Below, piece by piece: positions 37,301 through 46,078 of a DNA stretch of 64,000 nt. Origin of the DNA: Minisyncoccota bacterium (GTDB lineage Bacteria; Patescibacteriota; Minisyncoccia; Phycocordibacterales; UBA1550); assembly GCA_023229865.1 (NCBI GenBank), contig JALNYL010000003.1:22109-86108 (forward strand), written 5' to 3'. The translations under genes and the position numbers were made by a program. The first letter of the stretch is position 1. Every line of letters starts with the position of its first letter. The notes beneath the pieces are model-generated. The model made no database searches and was not told the origin of the DNA. It saw only the letters and a program-made list of their open reading frames with translations.

Positions 37301-39116
37301 ATACCTTAAACGTAAAACTCAAAGAACCGTGCGATACTTCTTTGTAGTAATCGTTGATGCAGTACGCAAGGTCGGTGTAATAATTCTTGTCATAGCTGGC
37401 GTAAGTTGTAGTTGCAAACTTTTCAAGCTTGCAAGGTTTGTTTTCGGGAACAAAATCACCATGCGCAACGTCCAACGGTTCCACAAGGACGATGGCGACA
37501 TTGATGTTTTTTACAGGAGTCACTGGCGCAAGCCACCCATCCTTTTTTGTCCATGGCAAATTATCTTGCCCGCCATTGAAAACATAAGGAGTGTCACAAA
37601 AGCCGTCATTGCTTGCGTCACTGCATCCTTCTCCTGTTGTATCAAAATCACTCCAATAATTGCCTCCAATTGGGGCCGCGAGATTAAAAACATCACTTAC
37701 TGTGTAATTTTCAACATAAACCTGTGTTACGTTGTTAATAAAGTTGTTATTGTATATTTGATTAGCAGAGGGATTGCTTGAGAGATAAATTCCGTAGACA
37801 GAACTACCTGTCACATTATTGTTGGTAATGATATTATTATCGCATCCATAGACAAAGATTCCAGCATATAAATTATTTGATACAGTGTTGCTGGTTATGG
37901 TGTTGCTATTAGATGAGTAGAGCCTGAACCCCATAAAATTACCTGACACATTATTATTGGTCAGGGTGTTATTGTTGGAATTAGCAAGAGTGATTCCGTT
38001 TGAATTCCCTAATACAGAGTTATTATTCAAGGTATTATTATCAGAATATGAGAGGAGAATTCCATTATCATTATTCAATAATGTTGATACCGTGTTGCTG
38101 GTCAGCGTGTTTCCAGCAGAAGACGAGAGGATAATTCCACAATAAAAAGTGCCTGATACTGTGTTGTTGGTTAGTGTGTTATTACTTGAGGACAAAATGT
38201 ACATCCCAACATTTCCATTTGACGAGGAAGTAGTATTACCAGTTAGAGTATTACTATTAGAAGAGTAGAGACTAATTCCAGAGGACCAACTGTTTGATAA
38301 TACTGAGTTACCGATAATATTATTACTATTGGAATAGGTGAGGCTAATCCCAGTTCCGTAATTAGAAGTACCTGAAACTATATTATCCTCGAGGATGTTA
38401 CCCTCAGAGGAGTTGAAGTATACTCCATATGTAAACCCTGCAATATTTAAATTCTTTATCGCAACCCCCGTTCTTCCGTTGAGATATATACCATTCCCCG
38501 TATTGTACCCCGTCAATGTATGCCCATTACCATCAAGGGTCACACCATCGCTATCTATTTGAATAGTTTCAGTGAGGTCGGTGTTCATCGTACAAACCTT
38601 GGTAGCATTATCCCAAACACCAATAGCAGTACAGTCGCCGCCCATTGCATCGTCCTTAATAAATTTCGTTGAGTGACGAGGCTGAATGAAAACTATGTGA
38701 GATTTTGACAAATCCTGAGTGTAAGAATATTTACCGTCTACATCTGTAATAAACTGATCTAGGTTATGATAACTATCTTCGTATTTGTAGTACGTTGTTG
38801 CTGGAGTAAAACCAGAAAGAGTGACTTGGGTCGACGTCGCAGTGGAGGAGGCTGACGGCTCAACCATCAAAGTTACCATTTCTGGCACTGAGTCCATTTT
38901 TAATTTAATCTGTTCAGAACTGTCGAGAGTAACATTGAGATATTGACTATCCGTAATAGTAAAATGTATTCCGTCCCCCTCTGTCGTGCCTACCATAACA
39001 AACGGTTGAGGCAAATCAGGTGGTGCAACCTGCGCAAAAGCGAGTGAATTAAAACCAAACAGTAAAACACTGGCAAACGCTGCGCGCACAACAAAACGGA
39101 TGATACTCTGTTGCAT
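34140..39116 (-). CDS. Giant secreted, membrane-anchored protein: beta-helix + M6-like zinc metalloprotease + internal 2-TM module + Ig/HYR-like domains
   Basis: Signal peptide (LAFA), GIxLxxSxxNxLxxN repeats, VHAG, HELAH, GQWDLMAAGEW, two TM helices, DLTAPVTT/DTVAPTI, DPDGDGVPNQDD. Confidence 0.85.
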   Translation of the reverse strand: MQQSIIRFVVRAAFASVLLFGFNSLAFAQVAPPDLPQPFVMVGTTEGDGIHFTITDSQYLNVTLDSSEQIKLKMDSVPEMVTLMVEPSASSTATSTQVTLSGFTPATTYYKYEDSYHNLDQFITDVDGKYSYTQDLSKSHIVFIQPRHSTKFIKDDAMGGDCTAIGVWDNATKVCTMNTDLTETIQIDSDGVTLDGNGHTLTGYNTGNGIYLNGRTGVAIKNLNIAGFTYGVYFNSSEGNILEDNIVSGTSNYGTGISLTYSNSNNIIGNSVLSNSWSSGISLYSSNSNTLTGNTTSSSNGNVGMYILSSSNNTLTNNTVSGTFYCGIILSSSAGNTLTSNTVSTLLNNDNGILLSYSDNNTLNNNSVLGNSNGITLANSNNNTLTNNNVSGNFMGFRLYSSNSNTITSNTVSNNLYAGIFVYGCDNNIITNNNVTGSSVYGIYLSSNPSANQIYNNNFINNVTQVYVENYTVSDVFNLAAPIGGNYWSDFDTTGEGCSDASNDGFCDTPYVFNGGQDNLPWTKKDGWLAPVTPVKNINVAIVLVEPLDVAHGDFVPENKPCKLEKFATTTYASYDKNYYTDLAYCINDYYKEVSHGSLSFTFKVFDKEGQWYKTTKTEASYGIGDREDEFVKDAVALSVQDVSASGSVFDVVAVVHAGESEQRSQNLSLMNTLSWTPFGLLFGQAPYKLIIAEQDPVGFWVHELAHNVGVILDPAGTMTPDLYKMGNVGQWDLMAAGEWNGGANNDDGTNPSYLSSYTQEFLGWLKEDVHSKAEYGTHWINSLETSNFGDTIFRYNLEDNIATTTQQYYILEARNKNLSTWDSSLPEDKALVLYRVDASGSPEEYGYDSESIRNQKRRITIPAGTLGINDGILSPAGEGYLDLDNWVRISANEEENVDGKYKILASIQDISPGSFLNKMKGSILRPQNDLYDSIQTNVVGVSHNFTAGAIFTTNLITYFIKDTAPTPVFFLILSLIALVLYKKKDLKNNTKHKVSKFLVKLLWVTTALVWLVYLVFILRIFLGEVRYIPKDFDTTCGSFRTKENPDPCKNKRNVVPASSLFNSISPDLDLHAITPDGKHVGVNYVTGEYENQISGSIVSGDNQGIPEWIYVPEGTQVKYYVSAHDNDEFLKQNPQIASQMATTTDSYSLYARTIDPAVGIFTSPILENQTIAPTEEKTYLINTAGADVSVQESNDLTAPVTTATPVGTLGLNEYYTSQVTVTLIADDVASLGEVSSGVAITKYSLDNGTTWNTYSTSTPLVIATEGTTTIQYYSVDNNENSETPKTLVLNIDTVAPTIFASDTSTEQLTANGTLLTIPVTVSDSIDANPTFTTDAPLTQTFAPGVTNILITAQDMAGNIATSSIAVTIYSSPEADPDGDGVPNQDDVKPFDATVFANLTIPTEYALWEKESFDLPFSVAGKGNVLLTLSNTYYQVGANPVKDNAGTIVPAAVTTADGVISITFLQDTKELRNYTFTIATKKGNSKERKSLKDKWDNELDEEKRHDLDKEFKFASAPITLAIINTTANISTSQTSSVTIYDKTQSAQLQYKYKDTEHSTSLLLKSDDTIKLKKGQPLVLTVKMSGAKRDTPFTANISGNFTTLNVVQEEEHSDGDDRKQTKFSLFFPQSLTTTQENITIVTTVNGITQTDVVEVRFEE

Positions 39117-39163
39117 AAAATTTGTAGGAAACTTTATTATTGGGGCGGATAAATCAAACTGAA

Positions 39164-39231
39164 AATATTATCCCATTATTGAGAATTAAAAGAAAGGGTG
39201 GGATTGCCCTACGGCAATCCCACCCTTTCTT
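39164..39231. repeat. Array-type element (AATATTATCCCA-N9-ATTAAAAGAAAG) with a perfect 19-bp hairpin; probably also the terminator of the upstream operon
   Basis: Same blocks and spacing as the 53.4-55.3 kb repeats; stem 39190-39208/39213-39231. Confidence 0.8.
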
Positions 39232-39248
39232 GTCACAAGTTCTTTTAA

Positions 39249-40235
39249 TTACTTCTGCGCGAGGGTTGGGGTTGTGGCTGCTTTGACGAGCTTTTGCACG
39301 TCATCAAAACGCTCTTTGTAGCCCGAGCCAAGGACGACAATGACGACGGGATCGCCGATACCGCGGTCAAAAATTACAGTGAGATTCCCTCCTGAGAGCT
39401 CTGTGAAGCCCGTCTTTGAAGCGACGAGTCCGGGGATGTGCCCGACGATTTCATTGGTGTTGGGAAGAATATGTGCGATGTTGTCCTGCGAATAAATACG
39501 AGCATCTTTGTGTGCAGTCACTTCAATAACCTCGGGATATTTACCCCAAAGCTCTTCGAAAAGCATGGCGACATTACGCGCAGAACCATAGCCGCCATTT
39601 TGCGTATCACTCACATCAAGACCTGATTCGTTGAAAAACTGCATCTCTGCAAGCCCGAGCGCTACGGCTTTTTCATTCATCATTTGCACAAACTGCGCAC
39701 GCGCAACTGACATATCGAGAAACTTTTCAGGGTGACCATCGGCTCCCACAAATCCTGCGACAGCGTGTGCGGCGTCGTTTGAAGAAATAAGGAGCATTGC
39801 GTTCAAGATGTCATCGAGGCGCCAACGTTCTCCCGGGCGAAGACCTGAGTCCCCTTCTGCTTTCAAGTCGTCTTTTGTGAGCGTGACCACGACACTCCCC
39901 GACATACGCTCGCGTGCGACGAGTGTCGTCATGAGCTTGGTAATAGATGCGAGAGGAAGCTTTTCGTTCTCATTTTTTGCATAGAGCACTTCGCCAGTTT
40001 TCAAATCAGCCACATACGCCGCGCGTGCTTCAAGTGAAATATTTTCGAAAGGATTTATTTCGCGCTCGATGTTTTCTTTTTCTTGTTTTGGGAAAGAAGG
40101 AAGTGGCTGCTTTTCGATAACAAAAGAAATAAACCCCTGCAAGAGGAGTGTGATAGCGAGGCCGACGCCGAGCACAATCGCAAGCGCGCGCGCCTGCTTC
40201 ACGGTGATATGATTTTTATGATGCTTCGTTAACAT
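39249..40235 (-). CDS. D-Ala-D-Ala carboxypeptidase (peptidase S11)
   Basis: ASITKLMT (SxxK), SSNDAA (SxN), KTGF. Confidence 0.92.
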   Translation of the reverse strand: MLTKHHKNHITVKQARALAIVLGVGLAITLLLQGFISFVIEKQPLPSFPKQEKENIEREINPFENISLEARAAYVADLKTGEVLYAKNENEKLPLASITKLMTTLVARERMSGSVVVTLTKDDLKAEGDSGLRPGERWRLDDILNAMLLISSNDAAHAVAGFVGADGHPEKFLDMSVARAQFVQMMNEKAVALGLAEMQFFNESGLDVSDTQNGGYGSARNVAMLFEELWGKYPEVIEVTAHKDARIYSQDNIAHILPNTNEIVGHIPGLVASKTGFTELSGGNLTVIFDRGIGDPVVIVVLGSGYKERFDDVQKLVKAATTPTLAQK

Positions 40236-40875
40236 GTTCTGTGTCGTCTGCAACTTCGGTTCCCTCTTCTTCTGAGACTTCCGCCACTACAGTCTCCGAT
40301 TCTTCTAGAGCGACTTCTGGTTCATCCATTTCAGCGTCACTCTCTTTGCTCGACTCCTTAAACTCTTCGACAGATTTTTGTGCCTCTTCGTATCCTGGCA
40401 AATCTTCTACGCGACTAATCCCCAAATACGAAAGGAGCTCGAATGTTGGTTTGTACGCAGTACTACGTCCACCCTGATCTACTTTTTCGATGAGTCCACG
40501 AATGAGGAGGTTACGCAAAATATAATTTGAGTTCACACCACGGAGATAGTTGATCTCACTGCGAAGGATGGGGCCACGATAAAGCACCGTCGCGAGTGTC
40601 TCGAGACCTGCCTTGCCGAGCTCCTTGGTGAGTTCTTCTTTAAGGAGAGCTTCGATCGTAGGTCCCATCTGAGGAGCGGTGCCGAGCGTATATTCTTCGC
40701 CGTTTTGCTGCAAAACGATGCCGCGACCCGAAAGCTCCTGCTCAAGTGTCGCGAGTCCCTGACGCGCGTTTTCCTCCGAGGTGCCGAGGGATTTAGCCAA
40801 AAAAGCCACGGTGACTGGCTCGCCTTTGTAGAAAAGTAGTGCTTCGATTTGTCGAGAAAGTTCCATATTCGTCAT
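40216..40875 (-). CDS. scpB: Segregation and condensation protein B
   Basis: IEALLF, LETLA.V.Y.GP..RSEI..LRGVNS. Confidence 0.95.
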   Translation of the reverse strand: MTNMELSRQIEALLFYKGEPVTVAFLAKSLGTSEENARQGLATLEQELSGRGIVLQQNGEEYTLGTAPQMGPTIEALLKEELTKELGKAGLETLATVLYRGPILRSEINYLRGVNSNYILRNLLIRGLIEKVDQGGRSTAYKPTFELLSYLGISRVEDLPGYEEAQKSVEEFKESSKESDAEMDEPEVALEESETVVAEVSEEEGTEVADDTEHVNEAS

Positions 40876-41624
40876 TATATCACACCTTTATGAGCGCCGT
40901 AATTTGGTGTATCGAGGACGCCTGTTTCGATTTGGATATCATCGCTATTCTCCGCCTGAGTCACCGCAATCATGCCCTGCTTTACAAGCTCGAGCATTGC
41001 GAGAAAGCTCACGATCACATTTACCTTCTCCTCCTTCCCTACTCCTGCGAATTCTCGGAAGCTCATCCTGAGTTTGCTCGTGATGCGTGTCGTCAGGCGG
41101 TCCATCATTTCCTCGAGTGAGACAACTTTTTTGACAACCACTTTAGGAAGCGTAACTTTCTTTGGGAAATGTGCAATCACTTCATGAATGGCGGCAAAGA
41201 TGCTCTGCGGAGTGATTTCCTCACTTGGCGCAAATACCGCCTCGCGTTCGCGGGTCTGACCCTTAGGAAATGAAACCTTGGCACCAAAGCGCGCTTTCAC
41301 ATGCACAGAAAGCTCACGAATCTTTTGATATTCTCTGAGACGTCGCTCGAGTTCGTTGATGTCTTGCGTCTCCTCGGGGGTAAGATCGAGAGAAGGAAGA
41401 AGTGACTTCGACTTGATGAGAATAAGCGTCGAAGCAACAATGAGGAAGTTTGAAACGAAATCAACGGGCATCTTTTCAAACTGTCGCAAGTGAGCGATGT
41501 AATCATCCGCAACCTGCGCAAGCGAAATCTCATTGATAAAGAGTTTGCGTTTTTCGACAAGATCAAGCAGGAGCTCGAGTGGCCCCTCAAACACTTCTGT
41601 TTTTACTTGATAGTCAGGATTCAT
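40875..41624 (-). CDS. scpA: Segregation and condensation protein A
   Basis: FEGPLELLL, IKSKSLLP, FLAMLEL. Confidence 0.95.
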   Translation of the reverse strand: MNPDYQVKTEVFEGPLELLLDLVEKRKLFINEISLAQVADDYIAHLRQFEKMPVDFVSNFLIVASTLILIKSKSLLPSLDLTPEETQDINELERRLREYQKIRELSVHVKARFGAKVSFPKGQTREREAVFAPSEEITPQSIFAAIHEVIAHFPKKVTLPKVVVKKVVSLEEMMDRLTTRITSKLRMSFREFAGVGKEEKVNVIVSFLAMLELVKQGMIAVTQAENSDDIQIETGVLDTPNYGAHKGVI

Positions 41625-41633
41625 TTTGTTGAA

Positions 41634-43031
41634 TTACTTCTTCTTCGTGATGTTGATGCCGAGTTCCTGGAGTTGCTCGTGACTAATCTCTGAAGGCGAT
41701 TCCATCATTGGGTCGCGGCCTTCACCAGTCTTTGCAAATGCAATCACTTCGCGGATATTTGGCTCGTTGTGAAGAATCATCATCAAACGATCAAAGCCGA
41801 ATGCGAGACCGCCGTGTGGAGGTGTGCCTGACGCAAGTGCGGTGAGCATGTGTCCAAAGTTTTTCTCAATACCTTCGAGTGAGTGCCCCATAATCTCAAA
41901 AACTTTCTTGAGTGCTTCTGGATTATGATTACGAATACTACCGCCACCAATCTCGAAACCGTTGAGCGCCATATCGTACTGCGCAGCGAGGATACCCTCG
42001 ATATTTTTCTTCTCCATCAAATCCTGCATAAACTCTGGCTTTGGAGCCGAGAAAGGATTGTGGGTAAATGTCCATGCGCCCGTGTCCGTCTTCTCAAAGA
42101 ATGGGAAATCAACAACCCAAACGAACGCCAAAAGATTTGGATCTTCTTTGTCTTCACGAATATCTGGCTTGTCGTTGCCGTATTTCTCCATCGCCTCTTT
42201 GTAAGGAATGCGTGGAAAAGGCACCTGCTGAATGCGCTTCTCAGGATAAAGCTTGGTCACCATATCGATGATGAGCGCTTCGTTGATCTGCATCACGTCC
42301 TCCTCGGTGACGAAACTCATCTCCATATCGATCTGCGTAAACTCTGGCTGACGGTCACCGCGTGTGTCCTCATCACGGAAACAACGTGCCACCTGCACAT
42401 AGCGCTCAAAACCTGCAGCCATGAGAAGCTGCTTGTACTGCTGAGGTGACTGAGGGAGTGCGTAGAACTTGCCCTGGTCGAGACGTGAAGGGACTACGTA
42501 GTCACGAGAACCTTCAGGGGTCGACTTGGTAAGCGAAGGAGTTTCAATCTCCATAAATCCATGCTGTGCATAAAAATTGCGGAGATGGAGGAGTACGTCG
42601 TGACGCATGCGGAAATTGCGCTGCATACGTGGACGACGGAGGTCGAGGTAGCGATACTTGAGACGTGTCTCTTCACCAATCTCGTGACCATCAGACGATA
42701 CGTCAAATACAGGAGTCTCTGCTTCATTTAATATTTCGATACCGAGAACCTCGAGCTCGATGTCGCCATTGGGAACACCAGCCTTTACATTGCGCTCGGG
42801 GCGCTTGTTGACCTTTGCGGATACACGTACCACCCACTCAGGGCGGACACGCTGTGCAACCTCGAGAGCCTCGGTGTGCATAGGGAGGACCACTGCCTGC
42901 ACCTTGCCTTTTACGTCACGCAAATCAAGGAAAACCATCTTACCCTGATCACGGCGAACATCGATCCATCCCGAGATAGATACTTCTTCTCCAACCTTAT
43001 TCTGCAAATCGTTAATGTATGTTCGTGTCAT
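41634..43031 (-). CDS. aspS: Aspartate--tRNA ligase (short, no GAD insert)
   Basis: RLKYRYLDLR, LPQSPQ.YKQLLM, FRDED, GGGSIR, PPHGG. Confidence 0.96.
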   Translation of the reverse strand: MTRTYINDLQNKVGEEVSISGWIDVRRDQGKMVFLDLRDVKGKVQAVVLPMHTEALEVAQRVRPEWVVRVSAKVNKRPERNVKAGVPNGDIELEVLGIEILNEAETPVFDVSSDGHEIGEETRLKYRYLDLRRPRMQRNFRMRHDVLLHLRNFYAQHGFMEIETPSLTKSTPEGSRDYVVPSRLDQGKFYALPQSPQQYKQLLMAAGFERYVQVARCFRDEDTRGDRQPEFTQIDMEMSFVTEEDVMQINEALIIDMVTKLYPEKRIQQVPFPRIPYKEAMEKYGNDKPDIREDKEDPNLLAFVWVVDFPFFEKTDTGAWTFTHNPFSAPKPEFMQDLMEKKNIEGILAAQYDMALNGFEIGGGSIRNHNPEALKKVFEIMGHSLEGIEKNFGHMLTALASGTPPHGGLAFGFDRLMMILHNEPNIREVIAFAKTGEGRDPMMESPSEISHEQLQELGINITKKK

Positions 43032-43035
43032 GATG

Positions 43036-43281
43036 TTAGTGGTAAATTTCTTTTTTAACTCTCTCTATTGCTTCATCGTGTGTCCCCTTTTCTGCTAGTT
43101 CTTCAAGAATAAATGGGTCTCGTTTTGTTAGCTCATCAAAATCCTTTGCGTGCTTCTCAATCCAGGAGAGAAGTGGTTCATCTTCCTCAAACGCAAGCTG
43201 TATTTGCGTAAGATTGCGTGTCATCTGAAGAATCTCGTTATTATTTTGCTGCCCGCTACCGAATTGTTCCATCTGTCCCAT
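43036..43281 (-). CDS. Small acidic hypothetical protein
   Basis: Fits tightly between trpS and aspS on the same strand. Confidence 0.7.
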   Translation of the reverse strand: MGQMEQFGSGQQNNNEILQMTRNLTQIQLAFEEDEPLLSWIEKHAKDFDELTKRDPFILEELAEKGTHDEAIERVKKEIYH

Positions 43282-43286
43282 AATAA

Positions 43287-44258
43287 TTATTTAAGCGTTA
43301 GGCCAACTTTTGCACGCACGTCAATCATCATCTTTTGTGCTTGAGCGCGTGCCACTTCCCCGCCCTCGCGCAAAATCCTCATCACCGCCTCGGGGTCGCG
43401 CGCGATTTCCTCACGGCGTGTGCGCATTGGCGAAATGAATGCGATAATTTTTGCGACGAGCAAATCTTTTGATTCTTTGTAGCCAATACCGCCCTTCTCA
43501 TAGCGTGCGCGGAGTGCCTCGAGTTCTTCTCCGGGGAAAAGTTCGTGGAGTGCAAACACTTTACAGGTTGCAGGATCCTTGGGCTCCTCGACACCTTTTG
43601 AATCGGTCGGAATACTCATCACTGCTTTTTTGATCTCCTCGTCGGTACCAAAAAGTGGAATGGTGTTGTTGTAACTCTTGCTCATCTTGCGACCATCGGT
43701 ACCCACCACGGTCTGCACATTTTCGAGAATAATTGGCTCGGGCATTTTGAATGTCTCACCGAATGCGTTGTTAAATTTCTGCGCAGTGTCACGCGCGATC
43801 TCGATGTGTTGCTTCTGATCAAGACCGACAGGGACCACATCAGCGTTGTAAACCAAGATATCCGCCGCCATAAGAATTGGGTAATCAAAGAGACCGACGT
43901 TTACTTCATGATTTTTTGCTTCTGCGTCCTTGAATGCGTGAGCGCGAGAAAGATATGGCACCGTCGTGAGTGTATTGAAAATCCACGCGAGCTCTGTCAC
44001 CTCAGGCACATCAGACTGAAGGAAGAGTGTCGTCTTCTTGGGGTCGATACCGATAGCGAGATAATCCATCGCGAGGTCGAGGGTGAGTTTCTTCAAAAGC
44101 TCTCCGTCAGAAACGCTCGTGAGGGCGTGATAGTTGGCAATAAAGATAAACTGACGGTAGTCATCCTGACGGTCCACAAACTGGCGCATAGCGCCAAAAT
44201 AATTGCCCAAATGTACGATGCCGGTGGGTTTCACCCCTGAAAGTAGCGTCTTTTGCAT
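43287..44258 (-). CDS. trpS: Tryptophan--tRNA ligase
   Basis: SGVKPTG..HLGNY, YPILMAADI, KMSKS. Confidence 0.98.
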   Translation of the reverse strand: MQKTLLSGVKPTGIVHLGNYFGAMRQFVDRQDDYRQFIFIANYHALTSVSDGELLKKLTLDLAMDYLAIGIDPKKTTLFLQSDVPEVTELAWIFNTLTTVPYLSRAHAFKDAEAKNHEVNVGLFDYPILMAADILVYNADVVPVGLDQKQHIEIARDTAQKFNNAFGETFKMPEPIILENVQTVVGTDGRKMSKSYNNTIPLFGTDEEIKKAVMSIPTDSKGVEEPKDPATCKVFALHELFPGEELEALRARYEKGGIGYKESKDLLVAKIIAFISPMRTRREEIARDPEAVMRILREGGEVARAQAQKMMIDVRAKVGLTLK

Positions 44259-44324
44259 CCATCCATATTACCAGAAATCGGCTGTTTTCAAAAGGTTTCA
44301 AGAAATCTGGAAGCTTTTCCCATA

Positions 44325-44365
44325 AAGACATGGGCCGTTGTGCAAAGCACAACGGCCCATGTCTT
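44325..44365 (-). terminator. 19-bp inverted repeat downstream of the kinase pair
   Basis: AAGACATGGGCCGTTGTGC-AAA-GCACAACGGCCCATGTCTT. Confidence 0.75.
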
Positions 44366-44375
44366 ATTCAATATT

Positions 44376-46046
44376 CTATATTCCAACCTTCGCATCGAGC
44401 TCCACGTAAAACGTCGAACCATGCCCCTCCCCCTTTGACTCGCCCCAGATGCGACCTTCGTGCTTTTTGATAACCTCCTTGGCTACATAAAGCCCAAGCC
44501 CTGTACCCTCGGTGTACACCTTGCTTACCCCCTCCGCGCGACTAAATTTCTTAAAAATCTTTTCTTTGGTTTCTTCACTCATCCCGATGCCCGTATCAGA
44601 GACACTGAAAAGAATATTCTTTTTGTCAGGGCTCTTTGAGAGAAGGAGTGATACCTCCCCCTTAGGGGTATACTTGATCGCATTATCAATAAGATTTGAG
44701 ACCACCTGGCGAAGCTTACCCTCATCCCCAACCGTAACAAAAGAAACCCCCTGCTCTATCCCCTCGTCGATAATGACATCAAAAATCAAATCCTGATGAA
44801 GCGCTGTCGGCCTCATTTCTTCAGCCAAATCAAGCACAAGCTTTTTTGCATCAACATCCCTAAATACATATTTCATATTCCCACTCTCGATATTTGAAAT
44901 ATTAAGAAAGTCAGAGATCATCGCAAGAAGACGTCCGCTTGAATCAAATATTTTTTCTACTGCCTCACGAGCAGAAGCAGAAAGTTCACCAAGCGATCCC
45001 TCGAGAAGCATGGAAGAGTACCCGCGCACCACCGTGAGTGGGTCGCGCAAATGATGCGAAGTGACCGAAAGAAAATCTGATTTTTTCTTATCGAGAGTTT
45101 TGAGGCGATGTGAAATCAAATTAATATCAAAGAGAAGGCGCGTGATTTTCTCCTTGGACTCTATCTCGCGCTTTACACTTCCGTCCAAAAACGAGGCAGA
45201 GACGACCACAAGGACAGTGATAGCAGTCTTGAGCAAGAGATCTGCAAACGAACTCGCGAAAAATATTTCTGCAATGAGGATAAGGACGATTCCCGAGATA
45301 AACAGCTCGGTCATAATCACTTTTGTGTTCCAAAAATTGTACTTGGTAATAATAAATGCAGAAGCAAACATAAGCAGAGCAACGCTCACATGCCCGCCCC
45401 AAAACAAATCGTGGCTACCTCCAAAAAATATCGGAGAGAGAAGCGAGGTCAGAATAGCAAGCACGTACGCCGCCGCCGTAGCAAGAGCAAGCTCGCGCAT
45501 CGCCACCTTAAAAATCCCCGCGCTCTCGCGATATTTTTTCACAATCACAATGAGCGCCACAATCAAAAAGGCAATGATATACAACGCGTAAACCCAAAAC
45601 AATTCCCCGAAAATTATTTTGTGCGATAAATTAGAAGAAATAGGGGCACTCGTTACAATAACTTGAGGAGAGGTAAGGAGAACCCATGTGATAAGCAAGT
45701 ATGGGGCAAAGAATAAAGCGATGAAAACTGGGTGAATCTTTTTTTGCTCAAATGAAAATACATACAGGAACAGAAAAAGAAAGACGGGAACGGCGGCGGC
45801 GGAAGCATAAAGCGCCGTTACCCCCATCTGTGCAAGGGGGGTCCCGATACTTCCCTCAAAAAATGCGTACGAAGCTCCCCATACCACCGTCATTACTGCA
45901 AGTGCAAGAAAAAAAATACTGCTACGTTTCTTGGTGTCTTGCCAAAAAATAATCCACGCAAGAAGAAGCGAGAAGAGGCTCGCGCCCACGACGATCCAGC
46001 CGTCGACAGAGACATTATTGATGAGTTCAAAGAAAGAGACGGGCAT
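44376..46046 (-). CDS. Sensor histidine kinase with a multi-TM (7TM-type) N-terminus
   Basis: SHHLRDPL H-box, NLIDNAIKYT, DTGIG, GTGLGL. Confidence 0.93.
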   Translation of the reverse strand: MPVSFFELINNVSVDGWIVVGASLFSLLLAWIIFWQDTKKRSSIFFLALAVMTVVWGASYAFFEGSIGTPLAQMGVTALYASAAAVPVFLFLFLYVFSFEQKKIHPVFIALFFAPYLLITWVLLTSPQVIVTSAPISSNLSHKIIFGELFWVYALYIIAFLIVALIVIVKKYRESAGIFKVAMRELALATAAAYVLAILTSLLSPIFFGGSHDLFWGGHVSVALLMFASAFIITKYNFWNTKVIMTELFISGIVLILIAEIFFASSFADLLLKTAITVLVVVSASFLDGSVKREIESKEKITRLLFDINLISHRLKTLDKKKSDFLSVTSHHLRDPLTVVRGYSSMLLEGSLGELSASAREAVEKIFDSSGRLLAMISDFLNISNIESGNMKYVFRDVDAKKLVLDLAEEMRPTALHQDLIFDVIIDEGIEQGVSFVTVGDEGKLRQVVSNLIDNAIKYTPKGEVSLLLSKSPDKKNILFSVSDTGIGMSEETKEKIFKKFSRAEGVSKVYTEGTGLGLYVAKEVIKKHEGRIWGESKGEGHGSTFYVELDAKVGI

Positions 46047-46078
46047 AATGAAAGTATACTCTACGGAGATTAAAACCT

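Noticed and set aside
41634-43031. Short AspRS, and likewise short UvrA/UvrC/L13, as pseudogenes
   Set aside because: Frames are intact with all catalytic motifs; compact forms are expected in reduced genomes.
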